Positions 33,101-42,100 of a stretch of 64,000 bases of DNA are shown one piece after another. Under the pieces are notes generated by a model. The model made no database searches, had not been told where the DNA came from, and was given only the letters and a program-made list of their open reading frames with translations. The DNA lies in assembly GCA_015064555.1 (NCBI GenBank), contig SVRZ01000005.1, forward strand, positions 17,619 through 81,618, read 5' to 3'. The first letter of the stretch is position 1. Each line of letters begins with the position of its first letter. Position numbers and translations under genes: made by a program. Origin of the DNA: Oscillospiraceae bacterium (GTDB lineage Bacteria > Bacillota > Clostridia > Oscillospirales > CAG-272).

Positions 33101-35776
33101 ATCATTGACCTTATCTCTGTAATCCGCGGCACTCTCGCAATACCTTGCGAAGCGCTCGACAAGCTTTACAAGGTTATCGTTATTCTGAGTCTTTGCCCAT
33201 TCGTAGTAGCACCTGATATGGCAGGAGTCGGACTCTCCATTCACGGTGTAGTCAACCGTTTCTGCCATTTCGTATGCATAGAGCTTTACCTCAACGTACT
33301 TGCCGTTTTCGTCAATGCCCTCCTCTGCCGAAACCGCACTACCATTTATTGAGAATGCAAAGTCGGATGCCGTAAAGCCGTCTGCCAGATAGAATCTGAG
33401 TGCCGGCTTAGCCGTGAGGTTGTAGGTCACGGACTTGATACCGAGAGTGGGCTTATCTGCACTGCCGTTCATCACGGGAGCACTGCTTTCATCATAATTC
33501 TCACCAAGGAGTGCATCGATCCTCGCCATAGCCTCGGCATCGGTCGTGCCAAAGTATGCGTACGCTGCTCTTATGTAAGAAAGAACGTCCTTGACGAGAG
33601 TTTTTTCGAGATCGGTAAGAAGATTGTCATCATCGACGATCTTCTTTGCATACTTCGGAATCGAGAAGGCGAACGTGCCCTTCATTACCTTGCCGCCAAC
33701 GCTGAGTGTTGCAACAAGCCTGATCTCTCTTGCCGCCTCACTTGCTCCGAGCGGAACGGTAACAAGACAGTAGCCGTCCTTTTCGGTAAGAGCCGAAATA
33801 TCAAGAGCCGCACCGTCAAGGCTGATGGCGGTAAGCTCCGGAATGTTCGGAACGTAGATATTGAATACAAGCTCCGAGCCAAGTATGATGCTTGCCTTGG
33901 GAACAAACGTCGATGCCGCCTTCGGAGCAAGTCCGTAAGTCGCGGTGACTCCGTTATCGGATGACTTTACGAATACGAGCTCTCCGCCGTTTACCTCACT
34001 CACAGCCGGCTTTTTCGCCGAAGGTATCTCGAGGGTGGTATAATTGCCGCCCTCAGGCTTTGTTAAGGTGATCGAGGAGCCGGCATTTGCATTCTCCATC
34101 TCCGCGAAAACGATCTGCGAGCCGGAGGTGATGATCTTACCGCCGCTTATTTTAGCGGTGGTCGTACAATGCGCGTCGGTCATATCAAACATATTGAGAG
34201 TATAGGATATTTTCGAAAGATCGAATACGCAATTGTTGAAGGTGATGTTAAGGAACTGCGTGGGATCTGCCGCCGCGAATGAGTTATAGCAGATGAGGTC
34301 GGTTGTGGTCGCACCTTCCGCGAGGGCGATGGTCACTCCGTCGAAGGTGAAGTTGAAGCCATTGCCTCCGGGATATTTGCCACTGGGATTCCAGCTCGAA
34401 AGCTTCATAAGAGCAGTTGAGCCAAGAACAACCTTACCGTTCTTTACTGTAATATTGGTATCGTAAGCAGTCTTTTTCTGCGCCGAGAACATAATTCTGT
34501 CGGTCGAGGTGAACGTAAAGCCGTTTAAATCGAGTGTAACACCGTATGTCTGGCTTAAGTTATTATACTGACTTTCCGCATAGGTGAAATCGCGGCGCAT
34601 AAGGATAACAGAGCCTGCCGCCTTTGAGCTGTGGAGCGCGCTGGCGGTCGCATCCTTAGCGAACAGCCCATATGCACCCACGAAGCTTCCGTTACGGAAC
34701 ACTGCGAAGGGGTATTTATCAACATCCTTATAGCTGCCGGGAATTACACCGTAAGGAGTTATGATCTCGCTGACGGTAAGCTCATATTTATCGGTCGAGC
34801 CCTCCACCTTGGTGAAGCAGACCCTGCTGCCTCCGTCCTCGGTGAGGAAGGTATCCGTGATAGGCTCATAGTCACCCTTTACGGTGAGAGTGGGAAGGCT
34901 GCCGTCAGAGCCGACACCCACAAGAAGACTCTCGTTGCTGTTGCCGTCATAAAGGGTTATATGAGCAAGATCTGCGGTTATTATCTCTCCGCCGTTGATC
35001 CTGACGTCAACGTTGAGCACGTTGTTTCCGTCTGCCGCGGCAAATACCGTCATATTCTTATCCGTTCTGGTATAGCCCGAGAGATCAATAGTGCAATCAT
35101 TTAACGTAATAACCGTTCGGGTGCCGCACGTGCTTGCATTACCCGTCCAGGTGGTGTGAATAAGGTGTCCCCAGAAATCGCCCGTGGTGCCGGCGCTTTC
35201 CGAAACTCCGATGGTTATACCATCGTAGGTCACGTCGAATTTCTTTTCACCCGCATCGGTGCCTGTAAAGATCTGAGTATCAACAAATGCGATCATACCC
35301 ATAAGCATCTTGCCGTTGGTGATCTTTATCTTTGTGGTATAAGACGCCACAGGATAATCAGCTACAAGATCAAGACCTGTATACTCGTTTGTGAAGGTGT
35401 GACCTCCGAGGTCAATAAGTATATTGGTCGCCGTGTTTATTGATGGCGGAGTGCCGTTATTGTAGTTGGTAAAGTCGCGTCTTAAAAGAAGCTGCGCCTC
35501 GTGCTCGGTATGTTCCTCGCCGCTTACCGCATTCTGGAGAGCATATAATGCATCCTTCCAGGTGGAGTAAGCACCAACGAACCGATTCTCGGAGAATACC
35601 GCAAGCGGGAACGCATCTGCATCGGCATATTCATCACCGATAGTACCGTACGTTGTCACAAGATCTGCATCCGAGTTTCCGCTGTCGCTCGCAAGCACGG
35701 GGATAACACCGCATATGCAAAGCGCAACGAAAAGCAAAAGAAATGTCAGACGTCTGATGATTTTATGCTGGTTCAT
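30149..35776 (-). CDS. giant secreted multidomain protein 2 (1875 aa): signal peptide, 2 beta-helix-like modules, shared ~270-aa domain (internal here), Cys knuckle, Ig-like segment, SGNH/GDSL hydrolase, 4 LamG-like repeats
   Basis: Start MNQHKIIRRLTFLLLFVALCICGVIPVLA at 35776 (AGGAAG upstream); the track start at 35842 is an extension. SGNH blocks FVGDSYFDG, HIGHNDM and SDASHPS. Shared domain FVPKASIILGSELVFNIYVP...RFARYCESAADYR. Confidence 0.9.
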   Translation of the reverse strand: MNQHKIIRRLTFLLLFVALCICGVIPVLASDSGNSDADLVTTYGTIGDEYADADAFPLAVFSENRFVGAYSTWKDALYALQNAVSGEEHTEHEAQLLLRRDFTNYNNGTPPSINTATNILIDLGGHTFTNEYTGLDLVADYPVASYTTKIKITNGKMLMGMIAFVDTQIFTGTDAGEKKFDVTYDGITIGVSESAGTTGDFWGHLIHTTWTGNASTCGTRTVITLNDCTIDLSGYTRTDKNMTVFAAADGNNVLNVDVRINGGEIITADLAHITLYDGNSNESLLVGVGSDGSLPTLTVKGDYEPITDTFLTEDGGSRVCFTKVEGSTDKYELTVSEIITPYGVIPGSYKDVDKYPFAVFRNGSFVGAYGLFAKDATASALHSSKAAGSVILMRRDFTYAESQYNNLSQTYGVTLDLNGFTFTSTDRIMFSAQKKTAYDTNITVKNGKVVLGSTALMKLSSWNPSGKYPGGNGFNFTFDGVTIALAEGATTTDLICYNSFAAADPTQFLNITFNNCVFDLSKISYTLNMFDMTDAHCTTTAKISGGKIITSGSQIVFAEMENANAGSSITLTKPEGGNYTTLEIPSAKKPAVSEVNGGELVFVKSSDNGVTATYGLAPKAASTFVPKASIILGSELVFNIYVPNIPELTAISLDGAALDISALTEKDGYCLVTVPLGASEAAREIRLVATLSVGGKVMKGTFAFSIPKYAKKIVDDDNLLTDLEKTLVKDVLSYIRAAYAYFGTTDAEAMARIDALLGENYDESSAPVMNGSADKPTLGIKSVTYNLTAKPALRFYLADGFTASDFAFSINGSAVSAEEGIDENGKYVEVKLYAYEMAETVDYTVNGESDSCHIRCYYEWAKTQNNDNLVKLVERFARYCESAADYRDKVNDIDSCQHEFAMGKCTLCGIKDPDPNAYGTMTLTAPTEIYSNYPGKDIIPVFSESWYNGSVTYTTDTPNVFVENGKIFAKGIFNSAVNVTVTATTEYHTATATVKVSTYNGNINAETKIQYYEENIIKEENKGATIFVGDSYFDGYTMETPPFWKDFYQDFAGEKAFLMGLSSSQIHQLEIASERIVYPMEPKEIVVHIGHNDMHHGSLTVDEFVARLTALFNEYHARLPEAKIYYFSVDPKKTADDENSNRYESSFVKAPAVNAAIKALAESTDWLVYVDTTPIFYGNNETINKNMYPSSDASHPSLVAYDLMKLALDEARGVTRSDAAYINGLSAIKYKDKNGNDITGPFVASGKLVITHYTPGANVYVHFRMHQNYRFVFWDINGDGKFAAGYLGNGSASDNTVKTLYDGNDGLVINWAVITDESGKAYWYINGQLVHTFESYTPAYFLIGGENANSIVYDVEVSVKSDDPDDVAAYNAHAARYVGDVVNLETSGCVSVTNKTFTDASGDDLTDNYVIKGKLDISAIGKDNPYIQIRLGSGYRFLLWDSNNDGKLGAGYTENNSHVSDTESGITLYDASNGLTLDFAVVVNSGVAYWYINGNLEKRFATPNLEYFIVGAVQMNALFSDIEIYVKAEDEAAYYAEVAKYSALGVDLQHYDNNSNITANGKTFTDASGKALTNNYVVRGILNITELKKNNAHLQFLVGSGNRFILWDSDSLGDIGIGYQENGKHTNENTAKIATYDTTNGLILEWAVVVNEGKAYWYINGELMKIFAAPTLDKFNIGAQNMNVTVSNIEIFVKSENADLYSVEAARYLENALSIQKYGQGGDITASGRTYTDASGNALTNNYVVSGKLDITKFGTNGHLQFSFASGCRFLLWDSDSNGTFGAGYMYNGQQSDADCANIYDATNGITLEWAIVVNEGKAYWYINGVLVQQFDTPNLARFNIGALQMNVFLYDIEICAASDGDAAAYSAAVSKYLG
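30152..32116 (-). repeat. four tandem ~160-170-aa jelly-roll (LamG/ConA-like) repeats at the C-terminus of giant 2
   Basis: The recurrent pattern TFTDASG..LT.NYV..GKL.I........LQF....G.RF.LWDS...G..G.GY.....(E/S)GKAYWYING.L...F..P.L..F.IGA..MN....IEI occurs four times to the stop codon. Confidence 0.75.
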
Positions 35777-35798
35777 TTTTTTCTTCCTTTCACAGATA

Positions 35799-35827
35799 AT
35801 TCTAAAAATCGAAGGGTAAAACCGCAA
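35799..35827 (-). promoter_or_regulatory. possible internal promoter for giant 2
   Basis: On the minus strand: TTGCGG (35827-35822), 17-nt spacer, TAGAAT (35804-35799), about 22 nt upstream of the ATG. Confidence 0.35.
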
Positions 35828-35993
35828 ATTGCGAACTTTCATTTACAAATATGTGGTTTTATTTATCGGTCGGTCGTCATGATCCTCGGGCGCGGAAAGC
35901 TTTCCGCTATCCCCGATTCTTTATTAAGCATTATCCGGCACCGATGCAAACAGATCTTCATCCTGTCGCATCTGATTTTTCGTCGCAACGGGA

Positions 35994-36122
35994 TCAAATA
36001 TCAAGATCCCAGATTCCGTCGCTCTCCTCCTTGGGAGTCGTTTCGGTTCCGGGAGAGGAGGTTATGATATCCTCTGCCGAAAACTTTACAATCTCAATTT
36101 CGGGATCAACGTATTTTTTCAT
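35994..36122 (-). CDS. small acidic peptide B, 42 aa (MKKYVDPEIEIVKFSAEDIITSSPGTETTPKEESDGIWDLDI), paralog of peptide A
   Basis: ATG at 36122 has AAAGGAGA 9 nt upstream and lies 34 nt after the TGA of the 2788-aa gene. Below the ORF-track cutoff. 80/82 nt are identical to peptide A over the 3' half. Confidence 0.65.
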   Translation of the reverse strand: MKKYVDPEIEIVKFSAEDIITSSPGTETTPKEESDGIWDLDI

Positions 36123-36156
36123 CTTGTTTTCTCCTTTCATTTTCCATTGTCAGCTT

Positions 36157-39100
36157 TCAATTTTCAACTCCGATTACAGCACGTCTGTAATCGGCTGCAC
36201 TTTCGCAATACTTAGCGAAGCGCTCTACGAGCTTTACAAGATTATCGTTGTTCTCTGACTTTGCCCATTCATAGTAGCATCTGATGTGGCAGGAGTCAGA
36301 CACGCTGCCTACCGTGTATTCAACAGTGCCTGCCATCTCGTATGCATAGAGGACTACCTCAAGATATGATCCGTCTGCATCCGAGCCCTCGGTTGCGCTG
36401 ACTTCATTTCCGTTTATACTAAACGTGAAGTCATCCGGCTCGAAGCCGTCTGCCAGATAGAATCTGACAGCAGGCTTCGCGGTGAGGTTATAGGTAACCG
36501 CACTTACGCCAAGGGTGGGCTTTTTCTCGCTCCCGCTCATCGCAGGAGCCTGTGTTTCGTCATAGTCTTCACCGAGGATCGCGTCTATCCTGTTGATAGC
36601 CGCCTCATCCTCTGTGCCAAAATATGCATATGCTGCTTTGATGTACGAAAGAACGTTCTTTACAAGAGTCTTTTCGGTCTGGGAGATCAATTCATCCGCA
36701 AGAACCTTCTCTGCATATCTCGGAATCGAGAAGGTGAAGGTTCCCTTCATATCCTTCTCGCCTGTGCTGAGGGTTACAACAAGCAGAATATCTCTTGCTG
36801 CCTCTTTTGCGCCGAGATTTACGGATACAAGATAATATCCATCCTTCTCGGTAAGAGTGCCGATATCGACGGTCTCGCCGTCAAGAGTAAGAGCTACAAG
36901 GCTCTCTGCCTTGGGAACGTAGATATTGAAGACAAGCTCCGAGCCGAGAGTGATGCTCGCCATAGGAACGAACTCTCCGGCAGAGGTGTCCGCAAGCCCG
37001 TAAACGGTGTAATCACCGTCACTTCCCGTCCTGACGAATACCTTAGCTCCGCTCACGGTTGATATAGCGCCGGATATTGCCGTGCCGTCCTTGGACATAA
37101 GCACAAGATCGGCAGCGAATACTACAGAGCTGTCCTCGTTGGTAAGATCATCCGATATGGAGATTTTACCGAAGCCGCTTCCCTTTATAACGCATCCCGA
37201 TACGGTAACGGTAACGTCGATGAGTCCCGACGGATCGTTTACGTCGAAGACGACGAGCTTCTCAAGGTCGCCCGTATCTATGGTGCAATTTTTAAGGCTG
37301 AGGTTCGCATAGGTATTCACCGCATTGGACTGATTCTCAACCGCACTGAAGAGTGCCGAGGGAGCATATCCGGGAAGAATGCCTATATTTACGTTCTCAA
37401 GCGTTATGTTGAAGTTCTTGTTGCCGGGATAGTTTCCGTTTGCCGCCCAGCTGTCAAATAAGACTATCGGGTTTTTACCTGCGAGAAGTGTTCCGTTTAT
37501 AACGGTGACCGAGCTGTTATAATTCGTCTTCTTCTGTGCATAGAGCCAAGCGTTAGATCCGGTCTGCTTCATCGAAACGGTGAAGCCGCCGAGGTCGATG
37601 GTGATCGATCCGTTTGTCTGGCTGAGATTGTTATACTTATTCTCGGTATAATCAACGTCGCGTCGAAGAAGTATTACCGAGCCGTCCGACTTTGACCTAT
37701 GAAGCGCACTGTCCTTGGCATCCAGACCGAATATCGCGGTTGCGAACACGAACTTTCCGCCACGGAATACGATATAGGGATAATCCTCAGCCGAGGTATA
37801 TCTCGCAGGGATATATCCGTACTTCGTCCACTCCGAGGGAGCGAGCCTGTATACACCGTTGGTCTCGGGGACGAAGCTTCCCTCTCCTCCCTCTATAGGC
37901 AGGGCGAGCGTGCCGGGATCGGCAGAGGACTCCAATGCAAGATGCTTGCCATCCGAGCCCTTACCGAAGTAAAGGGTTGAGCCGCAGGCGGTGCTGAGAG
38001 TATAGATGGTCACGTTTGTAAGAGTATTTACCTTTATCTTACCGCCGTTTATTCTGACGGTGGCATTTATCATTACAGACGAGGTGTTGCTGAAGTTTAA
38101 TACATTGATCGGCGAGGTGGGAGCCACGGTCTTGAAATCAAACGTACATCCGTTGAAGATGTATTCGATAGGTGCGGTTCCCGAGGTCGTCTTTGCGGTA
38201 ACGGGAGCATTTACGAGATTTTGGGCAGTTGCACCGCTCATAAGACCAAAGGTCACGTTATCAAACTGCCATATGCTGGTTTTGCCGGCTATGGCATTAT
38301 TACCGACCGTATCGTTGCATATCGAATTGATAACAGCCGCCTTTCCAACGTAAAGTCCGCCATTCTTCACTATGAACGTGCTTGGGAATATCTTTTCATC
38401 GCCCGAGTCGCCCCAGCCCTTGGAGGTGTAATCGAAGAAGGGTTTATCCGAGGATGCATTCTGGTAAAGCGAATTTCCGTCGAGGTCTATAATAACGGTT
38501 CCCTGCGCCTGAGCAAGATTGTTGAAATACTCACCGTCCATAACGGTGTAATCGCGTCTGAGTATTATGATTGCGGTAGCCTCGTTTGCACCGTAGGTCT
38601 TATTGACGGGATCCCATACGTTGGGCTTGAGAACGGTGTATACTGCTCCGCTCATCGCACCGCCGCTTTGTGCACCGTAAAGCTTGGTGTATGCGCCTAC
38701 CCAGCTATACGTGCCGTTCACACACTTGAGGACCACGAAGGGATAGGTCTCAACCGATGCATATGCGCCGGGAATAGCTACTCCGTAAGAGGTCGTAAGC
38801 GAGGTGAGAGTATAAAGCGTTTCGGTGCTTCCCGTGCTCGTCTTGGCATATACCATATTACCCTTATCGGTAGGAACGTCACCCGAGGAAACGCTTGCGC
38901 CGTTGGGCACGTAAAGCTCGGTATAATTACCGTTCGTATCGGGAAGGAAGGTTACGGACGAGCCGTAGGTCGACTCTGTAGCAAGAAGCTGGGATGCCGT
39001 CATAGAGGTCGCGGTTATCTTTCCGCCCGTGACGGTTACGGTGTTCTTTGTCCAATTGCCCGAGGGAACTGCCGCATTGAAGAGCTTTGCACCCGAGGGA

Positions 39101-42100
39101 GCATTGGTTACAAGGTCAAAGGTACAGTTATTGAAGTTTACGAAGAAGGGTCCGGGCTGGGTACAGGTTCCGCTCTTGCTTCCATAAGAGAACAAGAGAT
39201 CCGTGGCGGTTGCACCTGCCGCATATCCGAAATCAACTCCCTCGAAATTCAGGGTGAAGTGCTTGCCTGCGATAGCGCCGTTTCCTACGCTTTCCCAGGT
39301 GGAGAGCTTCATTATCGACTGATCGAGCGCCTTAAGCTTACCGTTCTTTACCGTTATTGTGGAATAGAACATCTTTTCGTCGCCCGAGCCGCTCCAGCCC
39401 TTGGTCTGAAGTCTGCCGAAGATGCCGTAGGTATCCGCGGAGCCCTCGGAAAGAGTGTGTCCACCGAGATCAACGGTTACGGTACCCTGGATCTGAGCCG
39501 CGTTTTCAAAGTTATCTGACGAAGTAGTGGTGTAGTCGCGGCGCATCAGCACTACCGCAGAAATCTCATTTTCGCCGTAGGTCTTATTGACGGGATCCCA
39601 TACGTTCGGTGTGTACATATAGGTCTTCGCCCCATCCATCGCCTGCCTGAAGGTCTTATATCCCTTATAGAAGCCCACATCCGAGGTGAACACCACAAAG
39701 GGATAGGTCTGTACCGAAGCGAATTCTGCCGAAATAGGACCGTATTCGGTCATGTTGGTATTTTCCTTAAGCTCGTAAACGGTATCCGAAGCACCCGAGC
39801 TTACCTTCGAGAAGTAATAAGCCTTTCCGTCTGCCATGTAATCGGTATAGGCGAGGGTGACATCGTTCGGAAGGACGTAGGAAAGATAACTGCCGTCGCT
39901 TCCCTTACCGAAGCTTACAGACGAGCCGTAGTTATCGGTTCCGTAATAGACCGGAACTACCTTCGAGGTGCTGTTCGCAACTATCTTACCGCCGTTTACC
40001 TCTATGGAAAGATTTATGAACTTGCCGTCGGTCGCGGTAGTGAAGAGTCTCATTGCATTTGCCGAGGACTTGGTTCTCAGATCGAAGGTACAATCGTTAT
40101 AAACCGTCCTGAACCGTGCGGGAAGAATCGCGCCGCTTGCATTATCAAAGTGAGTAAGAAGGCTTATCGAATTTACGTTATCGTTAACACCAAAGGTAAC
40201 GTTATCATAGATAAGAGTTATAAGTTTGCCCGCTATAGCTCCGCCGCCTATGCTGTCCCAGGTGTTAAGGTTTACTATGCCCTGGTTATAGGCAAGCATC
40301 GTTCCGTTTCTGAACTCAAGCGTTACGGGGAACAGATCATTGCCTGCCGCACCGCTGAAGCCCTTTGCCGTTGCATTGATAAGCGGCTTGGTTACACTTC
40401 CTGCGGAGAGAGTATATCCTCCGAGATCCACAACAGCCTCACCCTGAATATGAGCGAAGTTATCGAAGTATTCACCGCTTATGAGATTGTAATCTCTTCT
40501 CATAACGGCATATGCCTTGAGAGGAGTGTTACCGTAGCTCGTTCCGTCCCAGGGATTGATAAGATAGTTCTTTATCGCGCCCATAACGCCGCCCGAGCCG
40601 TTCGAGCCGAGCCAGCTGTTATACGCACCGATGAACATTCCTTTTTCATTAAAGAGAACGAAGGGATATGCAACCGGGTCGGAATACTCCTCGGGAACAA
40701 GACCGTACGGAGTTGCAAGATCGCTTTTCTGTATGGTATAGGTCGCGATATTCTTGCTGTGTGAGTCGTATGCAAAGGACTGTATTTCTCCGTCCTTACT
40801 TACACCTGTTGCAGGAAGCTTGTTTCCGATGGAGCTGTGAAGGGTGGTATATGCACCGTTCTCATCCGCAATGAAGCTTGCCGACGTAAGAGAATCGAAC
40901 AGGCCGATACCTAGGAACTTATCGGTGCTTATGCTTCCGCCCGCCATCTCATAGCTTACCGCGAGGGGATATTCTCCGGAGGAGAAGAGAGAAACGGGAA
41001 CCTCGGTGTTATATCCGAAGCGGAAGTCAACCTCCACGTTATCCATACTGATATTTACCGTAGCCGCGCTCGCAGACTCAATGGTCTTTGCAGTCATAAG
41101 CTCGCGCAGATCGGAGCCTTTTTTGTTGACTATTACGAGATCCTCAAGAACAATATTGAAGATCTTGCCCTTGCCGCCCGAGGTCGATCCCGCGTAGCCG
41201 ACAAGAGGAGCATCGGAAAGATAGATGCTTCCGTTCTTTACCGTTATATTTGTGGTGCCGGTCTTGTTTGCGGCTGCGTGAATGAGAGGATTCTCGGAAT
41301 CGGTATAGATCTTATATCCGTTAAGATCAAGAGTCACAGAGCCGAGAGCCGCCCAGCCGGTATAATCGTCCGAATCGGTAAGGGTATAATTCTTGTTAAG
41401 GGTAACCGTTCCACCGTTGCCCGCTGCCGCGAGCGCCGCAGAGAGGGTGGGATAATAGCTTTCGCCTACCTTGAATGCATCGGTCGTGCCGTTATTCTTG
41501 TAGTCGCCGCCGCGGACACCGAGAACGAGAGCCGCAGCATTCTTATCGGATAGGGTAATATCGGTGACCGTTTCGATCACGGTGAGATCGCTCACGTAGA
41601 TGGGCGACTCATCCGAGCCCGTTGCACCGAAGCGAACAGTGAGCTTCTTCGCCGCAAGAGCCTCCTCGCCGTACATAGGCTCGTATACAACGTAATCAAA
41701 GCCTACTGTCATCCACTCGCCGGGCTTGGTCATAAAGTTGTAGCTCGGAACGTTATGGTCGTAAGCACCGTTTGCCTTTCCGCTTGCATCGGCATACGCA
41801 CCGTTAAGAGACATCTGAATAACTCTTGCATCGGTATCGTATACTCTCATGGTTATTCTGTATCTTCTGCCGATATCCGCATCGGTAAGAGCCTTTCCGC
41901 CGAGGGCGGAGTTACTCACGAATGCCATAGTGGCATTTGAATAGAAGGTTTCGTACGCGTACTGCTGTTTTCCGTTCGCATCAACGTTGATGCCTACCTT
42001 CATCTCTGCCGCCTCGGTTCCGTCGGGAGCGGTGGAGATGGTCACAGGTACGTACTTCTGAAGAGTTATCGAGGAAAGAGCCGACTGTGCGTTGAATTTA

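Noticed and set aside
35892-35907. Palindrome GCGGAAAGCTTTCCGC between peptide B and giant 2, considered as a terminator separating the two
   Set aside because: It forms a stem with a minimal loop and no following U-tract on the minus strand, so it cannot be called a terminator. Read-through versus re-initiation at the putative 35799-35827 promoter stays open.
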